64,000 nucleotides of DNA from an uncultured Candidatus Melainabacteria bacterium (GCA_949902595.1 CATLDC010000007.1:29496-93495), one strand, 5' to 3'. Counted from the stretch's first letter, positions 18,530 to 27,316 are shown. Numbers and translations are program-made. The notes: generated by a model from the letters alone, not told the origin.

Positions 18530-20635
18530 TTAACAATAAGCTTCATTTACTCCGTTTGCGATTAAGTAATCAAATTCTGAATAATCAATTTCATATTCTT
18601 CTTTCTTAATATTTATCAAGTTTTCATCTTCAATGTATGTAATTTCGTAATCTGTATCAGTAGTGACTACAGGTTTGAGCTTTTTATATGTATACTGGGG
18701 AGCTGTCGCGTACATCTGTTTTAAAAGCTTGTTCATCGGATTTATCGTGTTCTTTTCTAGCTTTGCAAGATTTCTTGCCTGGAACTTAAACTCTTCGTAA
18801 TCTTTTGGAACATCAGAGGCCTTAGCAAGAGCATTAACACTTGTTGTCCGCTCTGCACGGCAAATATAATCCCCCTGTAAGCTGTAAACTTTTACGTAAG
18901 ACAAATCAAAGTAACTGTATTTGATAACACAATTGTCATTAAGTCCAAAAAGTCTTTCATTCCAATAATAAGTGTCAAACAGTTTAACCCCATTGCGCTG
19001 GATTTTACGAACTTCTTCCGCCATCATTAAATCATCAAGTTCGTCAATATTTATGCCTTCACCGCGAGCCTGTTCAACATACTCTGCAATTGTAAAGTTT
19101 TTGTCTTTGCGACATCGGCATTGTCTGTAATAAGTGTTTAACCACCCATCAATGCTCATTTTTACTTCATCTATAGTAGGGACGTAATCCCCGGCAAGAA
19201 GTACATGCTTTTTTTCGTTCCTCTTTGTATGAGCAGGCTTGTTGCTAATACCATTACCAATGTATGTATTCCAGAGCTTTGCATAAGATTCAGTAAACTC
19301 TTTAAAAAATCTCTCAATAATTTTTGCACGCCCGTTGTATGCCTTTGAAAAATAGGTTTTTATCCCGAGCTTTTCATACAATCCGGCCGTAGAAGGTGTA
19401 AGCGAGGCCGTCACTCCTGACTGTATAGCAGCACTGCCGTTTGTAAAAAACTTGCTTTTGAAGGCTTTACCATTATCCAGCTGAACCCATTCTGGTTTTT
19501 TGCCCATATATATAATTGCGTTGCGAAGAGCTGAAGCTATACTTTGCGTATTTTCTGTAAGCATAATATCGTATCCGACTAAATCTTCAGTTGCGACATC
19601 AAGAAACGCAACTAAGCTAGCCCTGCAAGGCTTGCCATTGAACGGATTTTGCACCATAAAGTCAAGAGTATGACCATCACCAACAATCCATTGAGCAAAT
19701 TCTATTTTGCTATAATCTCTCTGAATATATGGTAAAGCTTTGTCTCTACAAGCTTTTAAGCCTTCTCTGGCATAAATAACATGCGCATAATAATTTCTAG
19801 TAACATACTGCCATACGTGGCGATAAGCGCTGTATGAGTGTTGAACTTCTCCCATGCTATTTAACTCAAGCCCGATAAGCTGATATGCCCGTCCAAGAGC
19901 ATAACAGTTCTGGTGGAGCATGTATTTCAAGAGCAAATATTTTTCAATCTGTGTAAGTGAAGATTGAAGCCGGCTTTCACTGCCAAATCCATAGTTAGGG
20001 ATTAGGGCGTAAAAGTCGCGATTACTTTCTTTATAAATCTTTTCATACCTATAAAGCGTACTAAGCCCAACTTTACCGATTTTATTTAAAATATCTTTAT
20101 GGATAAACCCGTTATTATATAATTCTATAAAATCTTTGTCAGATTTGGTTTTATTACCCTTGCTGCTATTTCTAAACTCCTGCAAAGCATATATCAAATC
20201 GACTTTTGCTAGAGCCTTTTTCTTTTCACTTTCAGGAGTGATTCTGGGAAGTTCTTCTATATTATTGAGACCAAAAAGAGAGAGAGCTTGTTCCTGCTCT
20301 GTCGTAAGTGCAACAGGTAAGCTCTCTTTAGACATGGTAGGAGATAAATCTTTTTCATCTGCCTTGGATAATAAAGAAAGACCGGCAGCAGGATTCAATG
20401 CTATAGAATGTGTGTGTTTATTATTGCTGCCGGGCGCACTATTAGAAGAAGAAATTAAATCTTGTAATTTTTTATTAAGAGAGCTGACAAGAATCTCGTA
20501 ACGTGCTCCGCCGTTACCGTCTACTATGCGGTATTCGACTTTGCCTTTAGAGCACCAAATTTGAAAAGTTCTTTCGCTCTTCCCGCTCAATTCCGTAAGC
20601 TGTTTTATTGATATGTATTTAACCGCTTTAGCCAC
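18530..20635 (-). CDS. MuA-like DDE transposase (GTG start)
   Basis: N-terminal Mu-type HTH; catalytic GDGHTLD, LDNGKAF, RAKIIERFF; C-terminal Mu transposase-like region; uninterrupted 701 aa. Confidence 0.93.
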   Translation of the reverse strand: MAKAVKYISIKQLTELSGKSERTFQIWCSKGKVEYRIVDGNGGARYEILVSSLNKKLQDLISSSNSAPGSNNKHTHSIALNPAAGLSLLSKADEKDLSPTMSKESLPVALTTEQEQALSLFGLNNIEELPRITPESEKKKALAKVDLIYALQEFRNSSKGNKTKSDKDFIELYNNGFIHKDILNKIGKVGLSTLYRYEKIYKESNRDFYALIPNYGFGSESRLQSSLTQIEKYLLLKYMLHQNCYALGRAYQLIGLELNSMGEVQHSYSAYRHVWQYVTRNYYAHVIYAREGLKACRDKALPYIQRDYSKIEFAQWIVGDGHTLDFMVQNPFNGKPCRASLVAFLDVATEDLVGYDIMLTENTQSIASALRNAIIYMGKKPEWVQLDNGKAFKSKFFTNGSAAIQSGVTASLTPSTAGLYEKLGIKTYFSKAYNGRAKIIERFFKEFTESYAKLWNTYIGNGISNKPAHTKRNEKKHVLLAGDYVPTIDEVKMSIDGWLNTYYRQCRCRKDKNFTIAEYVEQARGEGINIDELDDLMMAEEVRKIQRNGVKLFDTYYWNERLFGLNDNCVIKYSYFDLSYVKVYSLQGDYICRAERTTSVNALAKASDVPKDYEEFKFQARNLAKLEKNTINPMNKLLKQMYATAPQYTYKKLKPVVTTDTDYEITYIEDENLINIKKEEYEIDYSEFDYLIANGVNEAYC

Positions 20636-20649
20636 ACTCTACCTCTTAG

Positions 20650-20766
20650 TTAAAGAAATGTGTGCTGACAGCGCAGAGCACTGCCAACACACGGTGAAAA
20701 AATGTTAAATAAATTGAAACTCTCTAATCTTTTAACAATCTTGTTCAAAACTAAAATATTTAACAT
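20650..20766 (-). CDS. Putative 38-aa leader peptide MLNILVLNKIVKRLESFNLFNIFSPCVGSALRCQHTFL
   Basis: AGAGGTGA RBS 5 nt before ATG; stop 14 nt before the transposase GTG; below the ORF-track size cut-off. Confidence 0.45.
   Translation of the reverse strand: MLNILVLNKIVKRLESFNLFNIFSPCVGSALRCQHTFL
20660..20692 (-). terminator. 15-bp RNA hairpin followed by AUUUCUUU, upstream of the transposase
   Basis: Minus strand GTGTGTTGGCAGTGC-TCT-GCGCTGTCAGCACAC pairs fully with three G-U wobbles, which would be C-A mismatches on the plus strand. Confidence 0.6.
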
Positions 20767-20920
20767 TTGTTTCACCTCTCGATTTTAAATTCTGAGGCGA
20801 TTGTAACAATTTGCTTGTAAAAGCTTGAATATCATGCCATAATAGCCATGCAGAATTTTATTTTGTGACAAAGCGGTTGAGTACCGACCAAAGTTCAAAA
20901 CCGCTTTGTGTTTTCAATTT

Positions 20921-20957
20921 ATGTAATAATTATTACATATAAAAAGTAATAAGTCAA
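20921..20957 (-). promoter_or_regulatory. Early leftward promoter overlapping an 18-bp perfect palindrome (putative operator)
   Basis: Minus strand TTGACT-17-AATAAT with TG extension; ATGTAATAATTATTACAT palindrome at 20921-20938. Confidence 0.65.
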
Positions 20958-20971
20958 GCACAAATGTACCT

Positions 20972-21850
20972 ATGGATATAGCAAATCAATTAAAGAGAAT
21001 AAGACTGGAAAAGGGGCTTTCACAAACTGAATTAGCTTCCTTACTTAATTCTACGCAAAAAACTATATCATTTTGGGAAAAAGGAGTAAATATTCCAAGC
21101 AAGGAAAATCTAACATTGATTTGTGAAAAATTAAACATTAGTAAAAGTTACTTTCAAGACAATAATATTATTAAGATTGGCTCTAGGCTCAAACAATTAC
21201 GAGATTTTATGGGTGATAGTCAAGATTCATTTGCCAAAAAACTGGGTATTTCTCTCAAAGCATATTGGAACTATGAAAATGATGAGAGAAGCATGCCATC
21301 AGAAATGCTATACAACATTATAAGATTATATGGTATTAATACTAATTGGCTTCTAACCGGAGAAGGTGAGATGCTATTATCTAAGTATAATGTTTTAGAA
21401 AGCATAGCTTCTGGTGATGAAAAAAGTTTTTGTTATGACCTTCCTGTGCGTGGAGAAGTTGAAGCTTCATGCGGATATGGTGTAACGGTTTACAATGAGG
21501 AACAAACTGCGACATACAGCGTAAGTAAAAAATTTATTGATGATTTAAAAATTAATCCTAAAACATCAGAAATAATTTTTGCCCGCGGTGATTCAATGGA
21601 GAGCACTATATACGGTGGTGACAGCGTACTTGTGGACAAGTCCAAAACGGATATTCAGGACGGAGTAATATACTGCATAAATCTTGACGGTCAAATTATG
21701 ATTAAAAGGCTTCAAAAAATTGCCAGAGATATTGTAGGGCTTATTTCTGATAACCCGAAATACAAAACAAGAGAAATTGACCTTAAGCACGATTCAGACA
21801 TTTTTAAAATCATTGGCGAAGTGCGCTGGTGGGGAAGAATAGCTAAATAA
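20972..21850 (+). CDS. Phage repressor: two XRE HTH domains plus S24 autopeptidase
   Basis: LKRIRLEKGLSQTELA, IGSRLKQLR...SQDSFAKKLGIS; ARGDSMESTI (Ser) and IKRL (Lys); divergent from the transposase. Confidence 0.9.
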   Translation: MDIANQLKRIRLEKGLSQTELASLLNSTQKTISFWEKGVNIPSKENLTLICEKLNISKSYFQDNNIIKIGSRLKQLRDFMGDSQDSFAKKLGISLKAYWNYENDERSMPSEMLYNIIRLYGINTNWLLTGEGEMLLSKYNVLESIASGDEKSFCYDLPVRGEVEASCGYGVTVYNEEQTATYSVSKKFIDDLKINPKTSEIIFARGDSMESTIYGGDSVLVDKSKTDIQDGVIYCINLDGQIMIKRLQKIARDIVGLISDNPKYKTREIDLKHDSDIFKIIGEVRWWGRIAK

Positions 21851-21901
21851 TATAATGTACTATTAATTATCCTTTAGGCCTGCTCGCTATCCGAACTCGT
21901 T

Positions 21902-22366
21902 TCAATTCATCCGTGCGCAAATCCGCTTTGCAAGGTCGTATGCAATATCTCCAAGCATTTCATTTTTTGTTTCCTCGGAAATCCGCATGAACTCTCTTTG
22001 GTCGAGATTTCTTGGTGCGTAACCAAAGTTATGCGCTGCCGCGTATTCTTCAGCAGTACCAATAATCAGTTCTTCGCGAGTAATCTTACTTGACATACTT
22101 TTTCGCAAAAAACCATCCAATTGTAGAATCTTACTTTCTATCCGCCCCATCTTCTTGCGCCAGGCTTCGTATGGCTCTGACCAACTTTTAAATTTTTTTC
22201 CGCTAGATTCTCCCTCTGTCTCAAAATTTTGGTCGATTGCAAACAAAAGTTTTCTACGGGCAATCCTTAAAGCCGGGTTTAAATTGCCAATTTCCTTCGC
22301 ATAACGTGCAAGAGTGTCGGTGACTTCTTTGTTATTGAGTTTTGCTTCAAAATACTTGCTAGTCAT
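21902..22366 (-). CDS. Mu gpG / virion morphogenesis (tail completion) protein
   Basis: NFETEG, KILQLDGFLRKSM, IGTAEEYAAAHNFG...REFMRIS. Confidence 0.8.
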   Translation of the reverse strand: MTSKYFEAKLNNKEVTDTLARYAKEIGNLNPALRIARRKLLFAIDQNFETEGESSGKKFKSWSEPYEAWRKKMGRIESKILQLDGFLRKSMSSKITREELIIGTAEEYAAAHNFGYAPRNLDQREFMRISEETKNEMLGDIAYDLAKRICARMN

Positions 22367-22553
22367 AATAAACTCCTACAATACCAGTGTAATATTCTCC
22401 ATTTTGTGTGGATACATCTACATAACCTCCGTAGTTGCCAGTTGTGCCGTCTACTGCATCGATTAAATCCTTTGCCGTCCAGTCTCCAGCCCACTCAACA
22501 TAATATTTGTGAGTACCGAATCCAGATGAGAGTAATTTTTTTTTGATTTTCAT
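22359..22553 (-). CDS. Small Gly/Tyr-rich hypothetical protein
   Basis: 64 aa, GAGG RBS, overlaps the gpG start. Confidence 0.55.
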   Translation of the reverse strand: MKIKKKLLSSGFGTHKYYVEWAGDWTAKDLIDAVDGTTGNYGGYVDVSTQNGEYYTGIVGVYYD

Positions 22554-22595
22554 TTTTAACCTCTTGTCAAACTGGTAAAATATGTAATAATATAT

Positions 22596-22690
22596 ATAGA
22601 GTAAACGGGAATCCCATTAAGTCCGAGCGGGCTAGATATGTAAATACCTAGTGACAGTGGAAGGCACCACCCCGATTACTCTATTTTTTT
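22596..22690 (+). ncRNA. Candidate multi-stem small RNA convergent with and overlapping the 3' end of the gpF gene
   Basis: Closing stem ATAGAGTAA/TTACTCTAT plus CGGG/CCCG; internal hairpins GTCC-GAGC-GGGC, CTAGATAT-GTAA-ATACCTAG and GTGG-AAGGCA-CCAC; T7 run after the stem; TTGTCA-16-(TGT)AATAAT upstream. Confidence 0.55.
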
Positions 22691-23974
22691 GTATCGTTTA
22701 TCCTGCTTTATATTTAAACTAGAAATTCTTGCAGTTGTTCCGACATAATTGACTGGACGTCTTTTGTTTGTGGAGTTAATTATAACTGGGATTTTTATAC
22801 AATCTCTTTTATCCACAATTTCTCTTTTAGGTAGATATTTTATGTATACAACGGCGTTTTCCTGAGTATCAATATAAACTTCGTCATAATCAGAAACCAT
22901 ATCATATATGCGCAAAAATTGTTTTTTAGTCAGTCTTTGAGATTCAATTTTTCTTGAAGAAAGTGAGTGTTTTACCTGCCTGTCTTCAAATGCAGCAATA
23001 GGAGTTTGTAACCTAATATTTTCACTTTCCAGTGCTTGAATAATTTTAGGCGCAAACCAGGTTAAAGTTAGCTCCAGTCCTCTACTGTTCAAATTGTTAT
23101 TAATTGTCTTTTTAATGAGATTTTCAAGCGCTTCTTTTGAGTGAATATTCTGCGCCATTTGTGAGATAAAAGTATCTTTCAAGTCCTGTGGCAGTTTGTC
23201 AATCTTGCTATAAGCAAGCACATCAAGATTCCAAGCATGCGCGCCCATATTGGTTGACCAACCGGCATCAGCTTGTAGGGTATACTCTTTCCCTCCAAGT
23301 TTAAAGTCGTAACAAGCAACCGGTTTTATATCGCCAGTGTCGACAAAGCGTAAGTTGCCTGCTGATTTTTCAACAGTAAGCCCAAGTCTTCTAACTTCTT
23401 CAGCAGTAAGTGCACGAATAAAGCAACGACACCCCCATCCGTTTGGAGGTAACAAATACGCCCAAATTGGGTCGTCATATCGGAATATTTTGCCGTGCAT
23501 TGCACGATGTTCTGGACGTGTATTTTCATCTAATATACACATATACTGGAAATATGGTGCAATGTCAACATCTTCAAGCTGTTGCTTATATCTTCCAACT
23601 GAATAAGCACTGTTGATGTTGTTCTGAAAAATGTTCTTAATCCGGCGTGGGGTACCAAGTTCGACTGTTTCAATCTCGCCAGTTTTAGGATTTTTAACCT
23701 CCCGAATGCCATCCCAGCCTTTCTTTTTGAAGAGTTCGCCTGCCTCTTTCTGGAAATGTCCGGTGCTCCAGCCCTCTTTAATTGCTTTTGTGAGCATATC
23801 TTGAGTGTCTTTGAGTAAATCAGCATTAGTCATCTTAGCTATCGTAAAAGCTTTTGCGTGAGCTTCCTCATAGATTTCACGCCAATAGTAAGAAGTTTTG
23901 AGGCCTTTGGACTCAAAATACTTAACAATTTCCTCCGGCTCCATATAGAAAGCTTTTTTAATATCTACGGTCAT
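22676..23974 (-). CDS. MuF/gpF minor head protein with ~170-aa C-terminal extension (putative BECR-fold RNase)
   Basis: AHAKAFTIAK, PRRIKNIFQNN, FQYMCILDENTRPEHRAMHG, PPNGWGCRC; extension with HSLSSRK...DEVYIDTQENAVVYIK...VNYVGTT. Confidence 0.85.
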   Translation of the reverse strand: MTVDIKKAFYMEPEEIVKYFESKGLKTSYYWREIYEEAHAKAFTIAKMTNADLLKDTQDMLTKAIKEGWSTGHFQKEAGELFKKKGWDGIREVKNPKTGEIETVELGTPRRIKNIFQNNINSAYSVGRYKQQLEDVDIAPYFQYMCILDENTRPEHRAMHGKIFRYDDPIWAYLLPPNGWGCRCFIRALTAEEVRRLGLTVEKSAGNLRFVDTGDIKPVACYDFKLGGKEYTLQADAGWSTNMGAHAWNLDVLAYSKIDKLPQDLKDTFISQMAQNIHSKEALENLIKKTINNNLNSRGLELTLTWFAPKIIQALESENIRLQTPIAAFEDRQVKHSLSSRKIESQRLTKKQFLRIYDMVSDYDEVYIDTQENAVVYIKYLPKREIVDKRDCIKIPVIINSTNKRRPVNYVGTTARISSLNIKQDKRYKKIE

Positions 23975-25443
23975 TGTTGTGCCCTGCCTAGCATTTCGCT
24001 GATAAAAATAACCTTTGTGAGGGCTTTTTCCAGCTCTTCAGTGTTCATCTCAGGATAAACTTCAGCAAGTTTTTCCATGGCTTCTTCAGCGTCGCGTGAT
24101 TTATAAAAGAAGTCTATAATCGGTTTTAGTGCCGGAGTGATGAGATTTTGTAAATCTTCAGATGTAAAAACATCAAAAAGTTCTGTTGGGTCTACTGGCT
24201 CATTTGCAGCAGGCTCTGAAAACGAGTTATGTGATGCTTCCGATGAAAAATCACTGTCATCGGAATCACTAAGCATTACAATATCGTCCTTATCGTAGCC
24301 GTAGGTCTTCATCATATACTTTTTAGTGAATCTTACACCGGTGTTGTAAATCTTGTTATCACGCTCCGCAAGCTTCTGGTCAACTTCCTTTTCATCATAA
24401 ATAGAGCACTTTGGTACAGATGTATCATTGAAATTAATCTCATTGATGTACTGAATCAATGTGTTTACGGTTTTTTCGCACAATCTGGTATCAGAATTAA
24501 TAATATCACCGCGCACCTGATTATGAGTGTTGGCTGCTGCATAACTTCCGACACTGCCGACATCTGTGGTTAGAGTCTGCCCAAGTATAGATTTTGAGAT
24601 ATTGTTCTCGCATTTTGTGATAAGTTTTTCGTAAATATCAGCACTCGCGCCTTTTCCTCCGGGTTCCACAATCTCAACACTTCCATCTGCGGGTATTACG
24701 CCGACCGCGTCCTGTACCATATGGATAAGTGATTTTAGTAGATTTTCTTTTTCTTTCTGATTCATAGAGCGGTCGTACTTGCCAATCATAAAAGGCATCC
24801 CGTATTTTTCTGTAAACTTTACCCAGAACTCCATACCTCCGTTAATAAATGCAACATTCCAGAAGCACCGGCTTAAAATACATTGACCATAAGGATTTTT
24901 TCGAGTCGGTTTGTTTTTCGGAAGCAGAAATTTGCGGCATTCATCGGGTTTAATCAGAAGTCCGTCAGGCTGGTAGTTTTTGTGCTTGAAGAAGAAGTCA
25001 CCTTCTGAATTAAAATGAAACCATTCTTGCGGTTCTGCTTCAAACTTGACCGGTACAATATACTTGCCCTGCTTTTCCCAAACAATCTCTATCGGTGCAA
25101 ATCCATACAATGGCGCGTCAAGAATAATTTCAATAAGTCCATGAATATCAATATTATTGAAAATGTCTTTGTAGAACTCATAGTGCGTGTCCGGCGTATT
25201 TTCTTTCACTATGTCAAAGAGTTTTGAGGTAACGCCAGCTTTTCTTGAATCAATACAGGTACCGACCTGATAATGGTTTGTAAGGTTTCTTAAGGTGTCA
25301 AGCCCTTTGCCGGTCTTTCTTAAGACAATATCAGGGTTTGGAAGCCTTGATATTGCAGCACTCATCCCCTGTACGTCGCAGGTTTTAATCATTTTGTCGA
25401 ACAGCGACAATTCTTTGTCTTTAATTTTTTTTGCAAATAACAT
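23971..25443 (-). CDS. Portal protein (Mu gp29/DUF935); probable start at 25443
   Basis: DAPLYGFAPIEIVW, WVKFTEKYGMP, CENNISKSILGQTLTT, GSYAAANTHNQVR; the upstream in-frame extension is made of repeat DNA. Confidence 0.88.
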   Translation of the reverse strand: MLFAKKIKDKELSLFDKMIKTCDVQGMSAAISRLPNPDIVLRKTGKGLDTLRNLTNHYQVGTCIDSRKAGVTSKLFDIVKENTPDTHYEFYKDIFNNIDIHGLIEIILDAPLYGFAPIEIVWEKQGKYIVPVKFEAEPQEWFHFNSEGDFFFKHKNYQPDGLLIKPDECRKFLLPKNKPTRKNPYGQCILSRCFWNVAFINGGMEFWVKFTEKYGMPFMIGKYDRSMNQKEKENLLKSLIHMVQDAVGVIPADGSVEIVEPGGKGASADIYEKLITKCENNISKSILGQTLTTDVGSVGSYAAANTHNQVRGDIINSDTRLCEKTVNTLIQYINEINFNDTSVPKCSIYDEKEVDQKLAERDNKIYNTGVRFTKKYMMKTYGYDKDDIVMLSDSDDSDFSSEASHNSFSEPAANEPVDPTELFDVFTSEDLQNLITPALKPIIDFFYKSRDAEEAMEKLAEVYPEMNTEELEKALTKVIFISEMLGRAQQ

Positions 25444-25458
25444 TTTTTGTCGTCCTTT

Positions 25459-25570
25459 TTTTACATCATGCGGAGTAGTTCCACTGTCCAGCCCCCGAAC
25501 CTGATTCACCCCTTTTACACCAGGCGGAGTAGATGGACGGTCGGGCCTACAAACCTGATTTACCCCTTTT
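25459..25570 (-). repeat. Interspersed repeat locus 1: two tandem 54-bp A units
   Basis: Minus strand GGGGTAAATCAGGTTTGTAGGCCCGACCGTCCATCTACTCCGCCTGGTGTAAAA then GGGGTGAATCAGGTTCGGGGGCTGGACAGTGGAACTACTCCGCATGATGTAAAA. Confidence 0.9.
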
Positions 25571-25657
25571 GTAAATTTCACTTTGATGGTGACCTGTAAA
25601 TTTTATCCAAGTTAGTATGTTGATATTTTGTCACCCGACCATTTCTCTACGTACGTC

Positions 25658-25717
25658 TTACACTTCACTTTCAAACTTGTAGTCTTACCTACTAATTGGA
25701 AAGTCGGTTGTAAAACC
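25658..25717 (-). repeat. Interspersed repeat locus 2: B hairpin module
   Basis: Minus strand GGTTTTACAACCGACTTTCCAATTAGTAGGTAAGACTACAAGTTTGAAAGTGAAGTGTAA. Confidence 0.85.
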
Positions 25718-25765
25718 CTTATTAATTCCTTATTAATTCGTTTCAATTGCCCCCTTAAATTGTTT

Positions 25766-27316
25766 TCAGGAATAATCCATCCAGCTCGACCTTGCTCCTC
25801 GTAAATCGCCTGTAAACCGCCTTAGATTCAATCCTTGGCTAGAAAGTATATTATTACTGCTTTTTGCGGTGTATACCTCCGGTTTTTGAAAATCTTTTTT
25901 CCCAGAAGAGATATGATTAGCAAGCGCAAGTGCCATACATCGGTCAGCGTGGGCGTCCGAGGTGCCGTCGTCGTCAAATCTTATGTTTCCGGCTTTAGTT
26001 ACGAATTTTTTGACAGAATGATAGTCGTCAATATCAACCTGCGGAGTATCAATATCAATAATGATGTTTCTGTCTTCCACAGCGGAATAGAGCTGATAAA
26101 GTATTTCGCTTTTGCTTGCATTTGTGAACTCAAAAGTTTCAACCTTGCTCAACCCGAAATCAATCTGCGCATCCTCGCCGAGCTGCGCACCAATACCGGT
26201 TGAGTCAACGCAAGCGCGACGGAGGTTCGGGAGTTCTAAGAACTTGTAAAGTATTGCTTTCTGGTCGCGGAACCGCATTTTTTTGAGCTCAATCTTGTGA
26301 CGTAAGAACTTGATATTGTTGACTTTTTCCAGAATAGAAAGTACTGATAAGTGTTTTTTGCGCGCAATATCGTAGCCAAGATACAAGTCCTTGCAACCTT
26401 TAAGCGATTCAAAATCCATAAGAATATTAGGCTCTTTTATTGCATTAAGCATTTCATAAGTAAGAAAAGCGCTAGCCTCATCCACAGCTTCGCAGCAGTA
26501 TTCCTGCCTCCATGTGTAGTCGTCTGCGCAGTCATTGCGTTCGTTTCCCAGCCATTCTTCCCGTTCTTCTTTCGTGGTCGGACGTCCATAAATCTTGTCA
26601 ACAAGCCCCTCTTCAACCGCAAGATGAATTGGCGTAATATGGTGTCCCCAATTAAGTTTACCGTCCCTGCAACGCTTTACAAACTGATAATACAAACAGC
26701 TCTGCCCGTTGTGGGTAGATAAAATACGCAGCGGATAACCCCACGTAATACAAGGTTTTGCAGCTTTCCAAAGCGCGTTCTGGTCTGAATGAAACGCAAA
26801 TTCATCCAATACAACCTTACCGCCTTTTGAACGGAACTGGGTTGGATTGGATGACAAAGCGTTGATTCTGGCGCCGTTTTTGAACTCCAGAGAAAGCGCT
26901 TTGATATCCTTTTTCTCATCAATAACGACCTCTCCGAGGTTCTTGACAGCAGCGTTGAACATCTTTGCCCATTTTTCGCAATACTGGATGTATTCCTTTG
27001 CTGCTGTGATATCAGCAGATGAGAACCACACATCAACAGGCTGGTTGCGGACTTTTAATGTTAATGCATCACGTACATCCTCATAGGACTGGATGTAGGT
27101 TGCACCGATACGGCGGGATTTTTCCCAGATTTTGATACGGGAGTCGTCTTCCAGCCACCGGCACTGATAGGGAAGGAAAAAAGCGGGTGTTTTTTCAACA
27201 GGCGGAGTAGTTCCACTGTCCAGCCTTTTACACTTCACTTCCAAGCCTGTAGTTTTACCTACCGATTGGGAAGTCGGTTGTAAAACTTCATTTACCCCTT
27301 GTTGGACTGCTTCCAT
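25766..27316 (-). CDS. Terminase large subunit (Mu gp28-like)
   Basis: FLPYQCRW, EKSRRIGAT, VVLDEFAF, STHNG, LGYDIARKKH, HADRCMALALA. Confidence 0.92.
   Translation of the reverse strand: MEAVQQGVNEVLQPTSQSVGKTTGLEVKCKRLDSGTTPPVEKTPAFFLPYQCRWLEDDSRIKIWEKSRRIGATYIQSYEDVRDALTLKVRNQPVDVWFSSADITAAKEYIQYCEKWAKMFNAAVKNLGEVVIDEKKDIKALSLEFKNGARINALSSNPTQFRSKGGKVVLDEFAFHSDQNALWKAAKPCITWGYPLRILSTHNGQSCLYYQFVKRCRDGKLNWGHHITPIHLAVEEGLVDKIYGRPTTKEEREEWLGNERNDCADDYTWRQEYCCEAVDEASAFLTYEMLNAIKEPNILMDFESLKGCKDLYLGYDIARKKHLSVLSILEKVNNIKFLRHKIELKKMRFRDQKAILYKFLELPNLRRACVDSTGIGAQLGEDAQIDFGLSKVETFEFTNASKSEILYQLYSAVEDRNIIIDIDTPQVDIDDYHSVKKFVTKAGNIRFDDDGTSDAHADRCMALALANHISSGKKDFQKPEVYTAKSSNNILSSQGLNLRRFTGDLRGARSSWMDYS
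27191..27300 (-). repeat. Interspersed repeat locus 3: A unit with nested B module, in frame in TerL
   Basis: Encodes GVNEVLQPTSQSVGKTTGLEVKCKRLDSGTTPPVEK ahead of TPAFFLPYQ. Confidence 0.9.

Noticed and set aside
22596-22690. A phage tRNA gene (GUA triplet in a loop suggests Tyr)
   Set aside because: No 5-bp/7-nt anticodon arm, no TTCRA loop and no CCA end; retained only as an unclassified structured RNA.
25444-25581. N-terminal extensions of portal (and similarly 31188-31409, 34009-34044, 37995-38042) given by the ORF track
   Set aside because: They are made of repeat or intergenic DNA; downstream ATGs with proper RBS and family-typical N-termini are better starts.
25658-25717. B module as an integron attC site
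   Set aside because: No RYYYAAC...GTTRRRY core pair and no integron integrase; flanking genes are ordinary phage structural genes.
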